From a virus: DNA of 64,000 nt. Below, piece by piece: positions 18,307 to 27,348 of this stretch. The stretch is from IMG/VR virus record IMGVR_UViG_3300046517_001303. One strand, written 5' to 3'. The notes under the pieces are model-generated. The model did not search any database and was not told the origin of the DNA. It saw only the letters and a program-made list of their open reading frames with translations. The position numbers and the translations under genes were made by a program. Every line of letters starts with the position of its first letter. Within the stretch, counting starts at the first letter, position 1.

Positions 18307-18409
18307 GCCACTTGTAGTGGACGGGGGAGCCACGCAGGGGAGAGGGCGTGGCCGACCCGTGATTTGCCCCTTATTCGTGAGGGGAGGTGATCCTATCTAC
18401 GACCCACCG

Positions 18410-19279
18410 CTACCTCGGTGGGACCGTGCCGGCCGGCCTTGCTGTGAGTGCAAGTCCGGCCGGTTTTTCATGCGCCCTCTCCCGCCCCAGCTTCACGGCC
18501 GCTGCGGACAGGGCTGCGTTGGCGTCGGCGAGGGTGGGGGCATGTTTGGCGGTCATTTGCTCCCCACCGATTTCGACCACCGGTAACTCCAGCAAATCGT
18601 AAAGGTCGATACCGATGAACCAGGGCGACTGTGGCTCGGGTCGTCCTGGCATCCAGTTCCACACGTTGCCGGCATCGCATTCAAGCTGGATCGGCCGCTT
18701 CCCCACGAGTTCCACCCGCGTCAGCGGTGCCGCCCAGAACACGGCCGATGCGATGCCCTCGGTGGTGCCGGTGCCGTGGCAAGCGGGGCACGTCGGCCAC
18801 GGCTCGCCACCTTGCAGGACACAAAAGCAGGTGCCCCCGAACAGCGTCCGCAGGTCACAGCGGATGAGGTCGGGGAAGCCGCGGGCGAAGGCACAGCGGA
18901 ATTCGCCATCCATGACGATGTGGAAGTCTTGTAAATCTCCAAGACATGAGACCGTGTTAACTCCGAACGTTCTGGAAAGCCAAACAGGCCAGTGCCGCTC
19001 CAGCAACGCCCGTTCTCGGCTGCGGAGATCGACCGGGCCAAGAAATGTTGCCCCCCATGCGATTCGTTGTGGCATTTTAATCCGGGCCACGTTCTCGTGG
19101 AATTCACGGTCCAATCTCGCCAACTCCACGCCGACCCTCACGAATTCTGCGAGGTCACACCACTGCTCGCCAACTTCCGGCAGTCGGTCCGCCAGCACGA
19201 GCCGGATGTCATCCCGGTGCGGCTCGTCCAAGATCGCCAGCATCAGGGCGTTGGCGGTGTCATCGGCGAAGTCGGTCAA
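18410..19279 (-). CDS. TIGR02996-like domain protein (Gemmata repeat-companion family)
   Basis: N-terminal ...DDIRLVLADRLPEVGEQWCDLAEF... Confidence 0.55.
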   Translation of the reverse strand: MTDFADDTANALMLAILDEPHRDDIRLVLADRLPEVGEQWCDLAEFVRVGVELARLDREFHENVARIKMPQRIAWGATFLGPVDLRSRERALLERHWPVWLSRTFGVNTVSCLGDLQDFHIVMDGEFRCAFARGFPDLIRCDLRTLFGGTCFCVLQGGEPWPTCPACHGTGTTEGIASAVFWAAPLTRVELVGKRPIQLECDAGNVWNWMPGRPEPQSPWFIGIDLYDLLELPVVEIGGEQMTAKHAPTLADANAALSAAAVKLGRERAHEKPAGLALTARPAGTVPPR

Positions 19280-19896
19280 GTCGTCGCAGCCTCCGTCTCG
19301 GGTTCGCCGCAGATGTCCCGTAACGACGCCTCTTTCAGCTTGAGTCTGCCGAGTTGGCCCACAGCCGCTTCAAACGAACCAGGCGGGATGAATTTCCCCG
19401 TAGGCTTAGCAGGCACATGCAGCATCTCGGCTATCTCGCCCCGTACCCGCCGCAACTCGTCGGCCGCGGATTGCACCGCAAGGTATGCCTTGCAGAAAGC
19501 GTTTTCGGCGGCTTGGCGGGTGGGGAACTCTACACAATCGCCAACGTCTGGCCTTCCCCCCATCGCTCTCCAAAGATTGCGGGGCAGGCAGTTGGCCGAT
19601 GCTTTCCCGATAACGCTCCATTCATCATCCTTTGTGTCGTCGTCATTCCAACGGTTCCACCACCACGGTTTTGGGTCTTCCCAACTTCGTTTCGTGAACG
19701 TCGGCCGCTTCCGGTTCGACGCGAGCCATCGCAGGCCCGGTGCCCGCGGGTCGCCGGTATCCTCGCACCATTCTGCGAACAGGTCGCGGGTAACGTGATC
19801 GTCGGGATTTTTGTCAAGCATCGCCACGAAGGCAGTCTCGTCGGTCATGACGTGGCCTCCGTGGGGCCGGGTGGGAGCGGCAACGGGCCGTACCAC
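19276..19896 (-). CDS. TIGR02996-like domain protein
   Basis: MTDETAFVAMLDKNPDDHVTRDLFAEWCEDTGDPRAPGLRWL...; C-terminal ...FPTRQAAENAFCKAYL module. Confidence 0.55.
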   Translation of the reverse strand: MVRPVAAPTRPHGGHVMTDETAFVAMLDKNPDDHVTRDLFAEWCEDTGDPRAPGLRWLASNRKRPTFTKRSWEDPKPWWWNRWNDDDTKDDEWSVIGKASANCLPRNLWRAMGGRPDVGDCVEFPTRQAAENAFCKAYLAVQSAADELRRVRGEIAEMLHVPAKPTGKFIPPGSFEAAVGQLGRLKLKEASLRDICGEPETEAATT

Positions 19897-20405
19897 TCGC
19901 CGCCGGCATCTTCAGGAGCAAGAATGCCGTCGCTATGCAGAGCCATTTCGGGGATGCGAACGGCCAAGCCGCCACCGGGCCAGTTGGCGACTTGGACGAT
20001 CCGAGTGTTAAGCCGTTCGCGTTTCCACCAGTACCACGCCGGCACCGTGGGAGCGGCCGTCGTCCACGCCGGGGCAAGAGCCGGGGCCGCGAGGGCGGCG
20101 TCGATCTTGGCGAGTAGTTTGGCGTGCCTGTTATCGTCCCCGTATTCGCACGATGCGGCCACGTTGACGTATCCTTTGCACTCTTCCAGTAGTTTCCGCA
20201 GGTCCGGGGATGACGGGGCCACTGCCTTCATCGCCAGTAGTTCCGGGTTCTTGCGGTTGATGTCGTCAAGGCACAGACGGCAGAGAAGCAGGCCACCGTT
20301 CGTAGTTCGGACGCGGACATATTCGATTGTCCCGGTGTGGTCGATGGTGCCACACGCTTCACACTTCGGTTCGGTCATCGTCACTCCTCTGTTGGGGCCG
20401 GTCAT
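19845..20405 (-). CDS. hypothetical zinc-ribbon protein
   Basis: CEACGTIDHTGT...CRLC near N-terminus; likely start MTEPKCEAC at ~20378. Confidence 0.4.
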   Translation of the reverse strand: MTGPNRGVTMTEPKCEACGTIDHTGTIEYVRVRTTNGGLLLCRLCLDDINRKNPELLAMKAVAPSSPDLRKLLEECKGYVNVAASCEYGDDNRHAKLLAKIDAALAAPALAPAWTTAAPTVPAWYWWKRERLNTRIVQVANWPGGGLAVRIPEMALHSDGILAPEDAGGEWYGPLPLPPGPTEATS

Positions 20406-20476
20406 ATCAATGTACTGTCTTGATATCCATATTCAAGTCTACGTCCATAAAAATCGACAAAATCTTCTCGCCGATC

Positions 20477-20505
20477 TTGACAATCACCATCGACCTTGAT
20501 ATGGT
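20477..20505 (+). promoter_or_regulatory. sigma70-like promoter TTGACA-N17-TATGGT
   Basis: in AT-richer divergent intergenic region 20406-20537. Confidence 0.35.
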
Positions 20506-20537
20506 ATGGGGGACGAGACACACTGGAGAACACAAAC

Positions 20538-20780
20538 ATGACATCCATTAAATTGTCGCCTGAAGATTTCGTCCGACTGTGGCAGGAAGCGGCGACGCTG
20601 AACGAGGTCTGCAAGAAGGGGAAGATCAATAAGGGGGCGGCGAGGCAGCGAGCGGTCATGTATCGGCGCAAGGGTGTCCCGCTGAAGATGTTCGCGAGAT
20701 GCGGCGGCAATGGCCGGCTCCCGAACGACTGGAAGGGTCTGGCAAGACTCGCCAAGTCGGTCGCAGTCGTGGTAGAATGA
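20538..20780 (+). CDS. hypothetical protein (80 aa)
   Basis: internal start MTSIKLSPEDF of track ORF 20496-20780; RBS GGAGaacacaaacATG. Confidence 0.4.
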   Translation: MTSIKLSPEDFVRLWQEAATLNEVCKKGKINKGAARQRAVMYRRKGVPLKMFARCGGNGRLPNDWKGLARLAKSVAVVVE

Positions 20781-20814
20781 GAGAAGGATTTCTCACATTC
20801 TACCCGGAGCCGGA

Positions 20815-21070
20815 GATGGGCCTGATCTTGAGCCGGAAGAGGGGCGAGCGGATTTTCATCGGCGACGGGGTCGTCATCACGGTCGCCGAGGTCGCCTACG
20901 GCCGGGTCCGGCTGGAGATCGAGTGCGACCGCAACGTCAAGATCGTTCGCGAAGAGACGACGTCGCCAGCGACGCGCGAGGAGTTCGAGCGGAAGATTTT
21001 CTTCTGGAAGAAGGATAGCTATGCCCTTCGTGCCGCTGACGCCGGAAGAAGCGAGGAGAGCGTGCCTTAG
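20815..21070 (+). CDS. csrA: CsrA/RsmA-like RNA-binding protein
   Basis: MGLILSRKRGERIFIGDGVVITVAEVAYGRVRLEIECDRNVKIVREE matches the CsrA fold (MLILTRK.GE...IGD.I.I.V...G..VR.GI.AP..V.I.REE); C-terminal extension. Confidence 0.6.
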
Positions 21071-21227
21071 CAAGCAGCACAGCCCGCCCGGCCACATCGT
21101 CATCACGAAGGCGACGAAGTGGCGGTGCCCAGATTGCGGCCACGAGGTCGTGATCTATCCGTCCCAGCCTTCACACAGCTCGGACGGCGGACTGGACTGG
21201 ATAGGCGTGGATGGCGAGATCGGTTGA
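21021..21227 (+). CDS. zinc-ribbon protein (68 aa)
   Basis: WRCPDCGHE. Confidence 0.3.
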   Translation: MPFVPLTPEEARRACLSKQHSPPGHIVITKATKWRCPDCGHEVVIYPSQPSHSSDGGLDWIGVDGEIG

Positions 21228-21242
21228 CCCAGGAGTGCAAAG

Positions 21243-21548
21243 ATGCAGATTACGATTGACGTGGAACAAGTGGCGACGCTGGCGACGGACTGGTTCAGTG
21301 CGAACCCGTGGCGGCTGATGATCGCATATGCGATCCTGACGGCTCCGTTCGGTATCCGACTGGCCCGCAGTCTGATCCGTGAGCTATACGCAGACTTGAG
21401 AACCAATAACGGGAATGGTTTCGATGGCGCTCACGTTCCGCTGCTGTTCATTGTCGCTCCGCTTCTGGCCGTGAGCGGCGGGATTTCATTTCCGTTCTAC
21501 GCTGTGTGGCGGCTACTGCGAGCTGGTCTAGGACCAATACCATCATGA
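21243..21548 (+). CDS. membrane protein (101 aa)
   Basis: hydrophobic helices WRLMIAYAILTAPFGI, LLFIVAPLLAVSGGISF. Confidence 0.4.
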   Translation: MQITIDVEQVATLATDWFSANPWRLMIAYAILTAPFGIRLARSLIRELYADLRTNNGNGFDGAHVPLLFIVAPLLAVSGGISFPFYAVWRLLRAGLGPIPS

Positions 21549-21790
21549 TCTGCAACGTCTGCAAGGGGATGAAGGTGGTGCCGCTGTCCAAACGACAGCG
21601 GCATCTGAAGCGCCCGTGCGAGGTCTGCGCCGGCACGGGCGAGGTCGCCGACCCACCGACTGCGCCGGTGGACGTGCAGAAGGCGAAAGAAGAACTCGCG
21701 GCGGTCGAGCCTTTGAAGCCGCAGCCCGTGGTCGTAGACTTCGCGTCCATCATGCGGGCGCTGGGCGGCTGGGCGACGCCGCGAGATTGA
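21545..21790 (+). CDS. zinc-finger protein (81 aa)
   Basis: CNVCKG ... CEVCAGTG; ATGA overlap. Confidence 0.35.
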   Translation: MICNVCKGMKVVPLSKRQRHLKRPCEVCAGTGEVADPPTAPVDVQKAKEELAAVEPLKPQPVVVDFASIMRALGGWATPRD

Positions 21791-21798
21791 CCTTGACG

Positions 21799-23070
21799 AT
21801 GCGTGTCTTTCCGTATATAGTGAACGGAAAGACAGATACCATTCTGGAGACGACCGTGACAACTGCCCTCGCTGAGCGTACCGAAGCCCCCACCAGTTTG
21901 ATCCGCCTGGCGCTGGAGCAGGGCGTATCCGCCGACCACCTGAAGGGTCTTTTCGACCTTCAATACCGACACGAGCGGAACGTCGCCGAGAGCGAGTTCG
22001 CCCGTGCCCTGACGCTGTTCCAGTCGAAGATGACGGCTGTCGTTCGGGGTCGGGACGTGGACGGGAAGTTCAAGTACGCCACGTTCGAGGCGATGATGGC
22101 CGCGGCGTCGCCGCACCTGAAAGAGTGCGGGATCGTCGTAACCTTCGACACGGCCCCGGTTGACAAGGACAAGCTGCTGATAATCTGCAAGATTCGGGTC
22201 GGCATCCACTGTGAGCCGACGTCGGTGATTGTGCCGTTCCCGCCCGGCAACAAGGCGATCAACGCCGCGCAGATTGTTGGGCAGGCCATCGGCTACGGCA
22301 AGCGGTACTCGTTCGCCGCCGCCCTCAACATCCCAACGATGGACGAAGACGACGCGGTCGATCACAAAGCCGAGGTTCTGGCGGCGCTGGCCGCGGCGAA
22401 GACGGCCGACGAGATCGACACGCTGGGCGTCGAGTTCAAGAAGATCGCCGACAAGTTTACCTCCGACGAGCAGGCCGAGATCAAGCTGGCGGCGGTGGCG
22501 GCGCGGGAGCGAGTGAAGATCGCCGGCGCGGCCGAACGGGTCCAAGTCGGGGCCGCAGCGTTCAACAACGGCGAACGGGTTCCGGACAGCGTGAAAGACG
22601 ACGTGAAGATTCTGATGGACCAGAACGCGATTCTCGGCCCGTCCGTCGTCGTATCGCCTGACAACGGCCACGCCGAGTCGGTCCAGGTCGTGACGCCGGC
22701 CCCGGACCAGACGGTCGAGTCGCCGACCGCGGCGATTATCGACGCCATCAATGGCGCGGCTCCGGACGGCAAAGTCCTACACGGAGCGATCCAGGCCGCG
22801 ATGTACGCGGCTGCTAATGACGCGGCCGATTCAGTTTCGACCGTGAACATGCTGGACAAGACCGCCAAGATCGAAGACGCAGCCATCATCGAGGCGCGGC
22901 TCCTGAAGTCGATCATCGGCTCCGAAACGGCCGAAGACATTGGCGCGGCCATCGCCGACTGCACGGCAAACAAGACAAACCTGGACACTGCGGCCATTGG
23001 CCGGCTCTCGTTCGCCATCCGCGACCGGAAGGCGGCGCTCGAAAAAAAGTTGACTGGCCGGAAGGCATGA
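21799..23070 (+). CDS. ERF-family single-strand annealing protein (SSAP)
   Basis: GQAIGYGKRYSFAAALNIPTMDEDDAV resembles the ERF core (G..TYARRYAL....GI..DDDG); upstream 5' part of track ORF 21616-23070 looks non-coding. Confidence 0.5.
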   Translation: MRVFPYIVNGKTDTILETTVTTALAERTEAPTSLIRLALEQGVSADHLKGLFDLQYRHERNVAESEFARALTLFQSKMTAVVRGRDVDGKFKYATFEAMMAAASPHLKECGIVVTFDTAPVDKDKLLIICKIRVGIHCEPTSVIVPFPPGNKAINAAQIVGQAIGYGKRYSFAAALNIPTMDEDDAVDHKAEVLAALAAAKTADEIDTLGVEFKKIADKFTSDEQAEIKLAAVAARERVKIAGAAERVQVGAAAFNNGERVPDSVKDDVKILMDQNAILGPSVVVSPDNGHAESVQVVTPAPDQTVESPTAAIIDAINGAAPDGKVLHGAIQAAMYAAANDAADSVSTVNMLDKTAKIEDAAIIEARLLKSIIGSETAEDIGAAIADCTANKTNLDTAAIGRLSFAIRDRKAALEKKLTGRKA

Positions 23071-23204
23071 TCGACTTGTGCATACGATGGGGAACACCGA
23101 TTGTCTGGCAGGTTGCGTGGGACACATTACAATATCCCCCGACCTGGATCACCGCACTGTGGGAAGTTCAGACCTTGCTCACAGAACTTCAAAGGACGTG
23201 ACGA

Positions 23205-23693
23205 ATGGCTGTTGATTGGAGTCAATATGGCGACGGCGTGGCCGGTACGCCGGACGGGGAATACTACTTCCTCATCGAGAAGGCCGAGACGAAGGAAGCG
23301 AAGGGGATGAACATCGTCACGGCCAAGCTGATGATCCTGGGCGGCGACTTCGACGGGAACGGCCTGGACAAGACCTGGTTCGTCAAAGACGGCGACAGCA
23401 TGAAGCGGTTCGCGGCCGACCTGAAGAGCCTCGGCTTCACGACCGACGTGTGGTGGGACACCGAGCTGGCCAAGACCAACCGGCCGGCGGCAGCGGCCAA
23501 GTTCCAGACCTACATGGAACACGCCCTGACGTGCCTGGCCGGGATGAAGTTCAAGGGCAAGAAGGTCGTCGCCAAGCAGAACGACAAAGAGTACGTCAAC
23601 ATCTACATCGAAAGCCGCGGCACCGACGACGGCAAGCCGGCCGTGATCGACGTGGCGACCGCGAAGAGCATCGCCGAAAAGCCGGCGTTCTGA
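23205..23693 (+). CDS. hypothetical protein, possible phage ssDNA-binding partner of the SSAP (DUF669-like size and position)
   Basis: 162 aa gene right after the ERF gene. Confidence 0.3.
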   Translation: MAVDWSQYGDGVAGTPDGEYYFLIEKAETKEAKGMNIVTAKLMILGGDFDGNGLDKTWFVKDGDSMKRFAADLKSLGFTTDVWWDTELAKTNRPAAAAKFQTYMEHALTCLAGMKFKGKKVVAKQNDKEYVNIYIESRGTDDGKPAVIDVATAKSIAEKPAF

Positions 23694-23987
23694 TCCACCA
23701 CCGACGACCTCTCAGCGTCGGCTACAAGCCCGTGTCCGGCCGGGCGTGGGAAGCCGGACAACATTCAGTGTAGCGTCAGCCGCCGGCCCCGCACGGGGAA
23801 GCGGTTACTAACCACGGCGCTGGCCCTGTGGGACGAAAAGGCCAGCAACTCACGCGCGGCGGGAATCGGCCTTGTGAGTCCAGGCGCGTACGAAGCCTGG
23901 AAGCCACGAATATCGCCTCGGAAGCGAGAATAAGTGGAGCGATTCCCGCCGCGTCTTTTTCCAAGGAGCATCTAACTAGGAGCTAAT

Positions 23988-24851
23988 GTGAGTCAGGGAA
24001 ACGTGAATCCGAAAGACTTTCCACTCGCCGGATGCGGCATCGTTGTCGCCGTCCTGGCTGTCGTCGGCTTTCTCTTCGCCTGGGCCTTCTGCTGGGTCAC
24101 GGTCCCGAAAGGCGAGACGGGCGTGATGTCTTGGTTCGGCCAGGTCCAGAACAGCCAACTCGATCCCGGCCCGCATCTGGTGTCGCCGTTCAAGACGGTG
24201 TACCGAATGAAAACGCAGACGCAAAAGATCGAAGAACCGGCGACGGTGCCGACCAAAGGCGGCTTGCCCGTCCAGATCAAAGCCGTTCTGCTGTACCACT
24301 TGGACCCGGCGAAGGCTGGATTAATGGCCCGCGAGGTCGGCGACACCGATTATGAAGGAAAAGTCGTCGAGCCGTACTTCAAGAACGCTGTCCGTGATGC
24401 CACGGCCGAGTTCACGCCGGAAGCACTCTACACCGTCGAGCGGCAAAAGGTTGAGACGAAGGTGTTCGATCATCTGCAAAAGGTCGTCGCCGACCGCGGC
24501 ATCATCATCGAGTCGGTGATGATCCTGGACCCCGTGCTTCCGGACGTGGTCGCCGAGCGGATCAAAGCGAAGGTCGGGGCCGAGCAAGACGTGCAGCGAA
24601 TGGAGTTCGTCCTAAAGCAAAAAGAGCTGGAGGCGAAGACGAAGGTGGTCGAAGCCAACGGCATCGCCGAAGCTCAAAAGATTATCAAACAGGATTTGAC
24701 CCATGAGTATTTGGTCTACTTATGGATTCAAGCCTTGTCCGAAGGGGCGAAGCACAACAACGCGGTGATCTATGTCCCGACCGGCAGCGACGGGATGCCG
24801 ATCTTCAACTCGGTCATCAAGCCGAAAGCGGCGAGCGCCGAGAAGCAGTAA
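23988..24851 (+). CDS. SPFH/band-7 (prohibitin/HflC-like) family membrane protein
   Basis: N-terminal TM anchor plus SPFH core; Ala/Glu/Lys-rich C-terminal helix; GTG start with AGGAG RBS. Confidence 0.7.
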   Translation: MSQGNVNPKDFPLAGCGIVVAVLAVVGFLFAWAFCWVTVPKGETGVMSWFGQVQNSQLDPGPHLVSPFKTVYRMKTQTQKIEEPATVPTKGGLPVQIKAVLLYHLDPAKAGLMAREVGDTDYEGKVVEPYFKNAVRDATAEFTPEALYTVERQKVETKVFDHLQKVVADRGIIIESVMILDPVLPDVVAERIKAKVGAEQDVQRMEFVLKQKELEAKTKVVEANGIAEAQKIIKQDLTHEYLVYLWIQALSEGAKHNNAVIYVPTGSDGMPIFNSVIKPKAASAEKQ

Positions 24852-24856
24852 CGTGG

Positions 24857-24927
24857 CGGTGGCTGGTGAAAAGGTATCACGTCCGTCCGATGAACGGACA
24901 TTACAGGTTCGATTCCTGTGCCACCGA
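24857..24927 (+). tRNA. tRNA-like gene (cloverleaf with anticodon GAU = Ile, atypical anticodon loop CCGATGA lacking U33)
   Basis: acceptor CGGTGGC/GCCACCG, D-arm GTGA-AAAGGTA-TCAC, anticodon stem TCCGT/ACGGA, T-arm ACAGG-TTCGATT-CCTGT. Confidence 0.45.
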
Positions 24928-24929
24928 AT

Positions 24930-25043
24930 GGGGCCTTGTGCTGTGTGCAACTGGTAGACGTGACCTGGCCCCGCAAGGGTGATCGGGTGCCCCGTAAAAC
25001 GGGACTAATGGCTCCAGGTTCAAATCCTGGTCACAAGGCCCCA
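24930..25043 (+). ncRNA. tRNA-like / Y-RNA-like structured element (11-bp terminal helix plus canonical T-arm; no full cloverleaf)
   Basis: GGGGCCTTGTG...CACAAGGCCCC terminal pairing, T-arm CCAGG-TTCAAAT-CCTGG, internal GNRA-type hairpins (CCCGCAAGGG, CCCGTAAAACGGG). Confidence 0.3.
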
Positions 25044-25065
25044 ATATTCAGGACCGGAGCTGACG

Positions 25066-25746
25066 ATGGGCATGTTCGACACGATCATCTGCCGCTGGCC
25101 GCTGCCGGGGACGCCGCCGGCCTTCATCAAGCCGGACCACTCGTTCCAAACGAAGAGTCTGAACTGTCTGCTGGACCAGTACGAGATCACCAGTGACGGC
25201 CGGCTGACGTATAAGGGCGAGCCGGTCGAGTTCCACGGCGAGATTCAGTTCTACACGTCGAACATCTCCGGCGGCAGCTCGTTTGGCGTCTACACCCGCG
25301 ACGGTGAAGATGCGGAAAGTGTCGAATACCTGGCCCGGTTCAGCTGTGGCCAACTGATGGAGATTACGCTCGTCGAGCATACCCGCGAGCCGGCGCTGCC
25401 GATCTCGAAGATGCGTGCGGCCCAATACCAGAATCCGTCGCCGAAAGAGATTGCCGAAGACCAGCGGCGTCGGAACGAGAAACTCAAGTCCCGCGTCATG
25501 TGGGTGGCCTGGGGCGGCAAGCCGGCGTCCGAAGGCTACGCTGGGGTCGTGGTGGCCGAGAACGGCAAAGAGTGGGTGGTGCAGCAGTCTCCGCCGGACG
25601 GCAAGTTCGAGATCATCGACCGTCGCCTGCGCGACTCGATCCTGTTCGACTCGCTGGCCGCGGCCGAGTGCCGCGACGCCGAACGCAAGGCCGAGCGGGA
25701 CAAAGAGAAGGCCGAGTACGAGGCGATGCTGAAGGAGCGAACATGA
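25066..25746 (+). CDS. hypothetical protein (226 aa)
   Basis: ORF; Lys/Glu-rich C-terminal tail. Confidence 0.5.
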   Translation: MGMFDTIICRWPLPGTPPAFIKPDHSFQTKSLNCLLDQYEITSDGRLTYKGEPVEFHGEIQFYTSNISGGSSFGVYTRDGEDAESVEYLARFSCGQLMEITLVEHTREPALPISKMRAAQYQNPSPKEIAEDQRRRNEKLKSRVMWVAWGGKPASEGYAGVVVAENGKEWVVQQSPPDGKFEIIDRRLRDSILFDSLAAAECRDAERKAERDKEKAEYEAMLKERT

Positions 25747-25886
25747 ACCTGCGCGAACTGATCTCGAAAATCCGCGACAAGGACGAGTCTGAAGTCATTG
25801 AGGCGCTAATCTCTGCGATTGAGTTCATCGAAGAAGAAGAGGATATTGTCGATCTGTTGGTGTTCAAGTGGGGCGAACCCGAATGA
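25743..25886 (+). CDS. small acidic protein (47 aa)
   Basis: ATGA overlap both sides. Confidence 0.3.
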   Translation: MNLRELISKIRDKDESEVIEALISAIEFIEEEEDIVDLLVFKWGEPE

Positions 25887-26311
25887 AAGGCGAGCCGCCA
25901 ATCTTGATCGACTCGCGAGAACAAACGCCTTGGTCGTTCCCGTGCGAGACCTTGAGAGGCACGCTCCACGAAGGCGACTACACTCTGATCGGCACCGACC
26001 GCTACATCGCCATCGAGCGCAAGAGCCTTGGCGACCTGGTTCAAACCGTGATCCAGGGATGGGTTCGGTTCCGCAAAGAACTCAACCGCCTCTCCGGCTA
26101 CGACATCGCCGTGATCGCGGTCGAGGCTAACATTGGCGACGTGCTGGCGCACAAGTACGAGAGCGACGCTAACCCGCTCTCGGTGATCGGCCGGTGCCAC
26201 GATTGCCTTATAGATCATGGCGTCCCGGTCCTGTTCTGGGGTCCAAAGGCCGAGGCGGAAGTGACGGCGTACCGGCTGCTGCGGTTGGCGTGGGGGAGAT
26301 ATGGGTCATGA
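25883..26311 (+). CDS. ERCC4-type (XPF/Mus81/Hef-like) structure-specific nuclease
   Basis: GDYTLIGTDRYIAIERKSLGDLVQTV carries the ERCC4 signature D...ERK...DL. Confidence 0.5.
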   Translation: MKGEPPILIDSREQTPWSFPCETLRGTLHEGDYTLIGTDRYIAIERKSLGDLVQTVIQGWVRFRKELNRLSGYDIAVIAVEANIGDVLAHKYESDANPLSVIGRCHDCLIDHGVPVLFWGPKAEAEVTAYRLLRLAWGRYGS

Positions 26312-26646
26312 AGATGACATTTGGAAAGTACAAAAGCAAAGAGATAGACACGATTCCAACCAGTTATCTTCATTGGGTAATCAGTAACGTTCAGCACTTA
26401 AACACTGATATTCGCAGAGAAATTCACGAAGTCCTGAGCGACCGCAATGAAGACATCCAAGACGGGCCGTATTATGCGCCGCCGCCAGGCAGGGGCAATG
26501 ATCCACGACAGTATATCGCAGAGATAGCCGACCGATGGTATCGTCTCTTAGCGCTGGCATACCACCCAGACCGTGGTGGCAATGTCGAGATGATGCAGAA
26601 GATCAACGACGACATGGATCGCATAAAAGATATTCTAAACAATTAG
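26308..26646 (+). CDS. DUF3820-like domain fused to a DnaJ-type J domain
   Basis: N-terminal FGKYKSKEIDTIPTSYLHWVISN (DUF3820-like); C-terminal YRLLALAYHPDRGGN...MQKINDDMDRIKDIL (J-domain HPD motif). Confidence 0.5.
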   Translation: MKMTFGKYKSKEIDTIPTSYLHWVISNVQHLNTDIRREIHEVLSDRNEDIQDGPYYAPPPGRGNDPRQYIAEIADRWYRLLALAYHPDRGGNVEMMQKINDDMDRIKDILNN

Positions 26647-26656
26647 GAGCCGGCGC

Positions 26657-27100
26657 GTGATCGACTGGACCACCTACGCCGAGTCATTCGCCGCGTTCAA
26701 GACGCCGCCATTGGGACGTCTGTTCAACGGCATCATGACGCTGACCCTGCCGGACGGTGGCCATCGGACGTTCCGAATCAAGACGCAGTACGCCGACAGC
26801 TGGATGCCCGGCAAGCGGACCATCGGCATCCTGGTCGGCCCGGACAATTGCACGGACTACGAAATGTTCGGATTCGTAGAGACGGAAGGTATCAGGATAT
26901 TCAAGCGAATCCTTGGCACCGGCGACGAGGCGTCCGCCTACAAGAGATACGCCGACGTTCTGTGGCGGATGGCCGGCGGCGAGGCGATTCCAGGCTACGA
27001 GGTTCTCGAAAGCCGTCACTGCCTTCGCTGCAACCGTCTTTTGACTGATGAAGAGTCGATCATGACCGGCCTGGGTCCAACTTGTCGGGGGCGAGAATGA
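26657..27100 (+). CDS. hypothetical protein (147 aa)
   Basis: GTG start with AGGAG RBS; C-terminal CLRCN...GPTCRGR. Confidence 0.45.
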   Translation: MIDWTTYAESFAAFKTPPLGRLFNGIMTLTLPDGGHRTFRIKTQYADSWMPGKRTIGILVGPDNCTDYEMFGFVETEGIRIFKRILGTGDEASAYKRYADVLWRMAGGEAIPGYEVLESRHCLRCNRLLTDEESIMTGLGPTCRGRE

Positions 27101-27348
27101 GCGTCAAGCACATTGATCTTGGCAGTCAGGCGGCGAGCATCATTCCCGTCCGCCTGAGAGGCGTGACGGCAGCGCAGAAGCCGGACGAGCTGATCGCCGC
27201 CGACCGGGTCATCATGATCTTCAGCTGCCCGTCGGTCGATGACGTGATGCTGGGCTGCGAGATTCATTCTCGCGAATACGCGAACGACGTGATCGAGATG
27301 ATCGCGCGGGCCAGGGACTATGTGTTCGGAGAAAAGAATGAAGCATGA
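27082..27348 (+). CDS. hypothetical protein (88 aa)
   Basis: ORF. Confidence 0.35.
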   Translation: MSGARMSVKHIDLGSQAASIIPVRLRGVTAAQKPDELIAADRVIMIFSCPSVDDVMLGCEIHSREYANDVIEMIARARDYVFGEKNEA

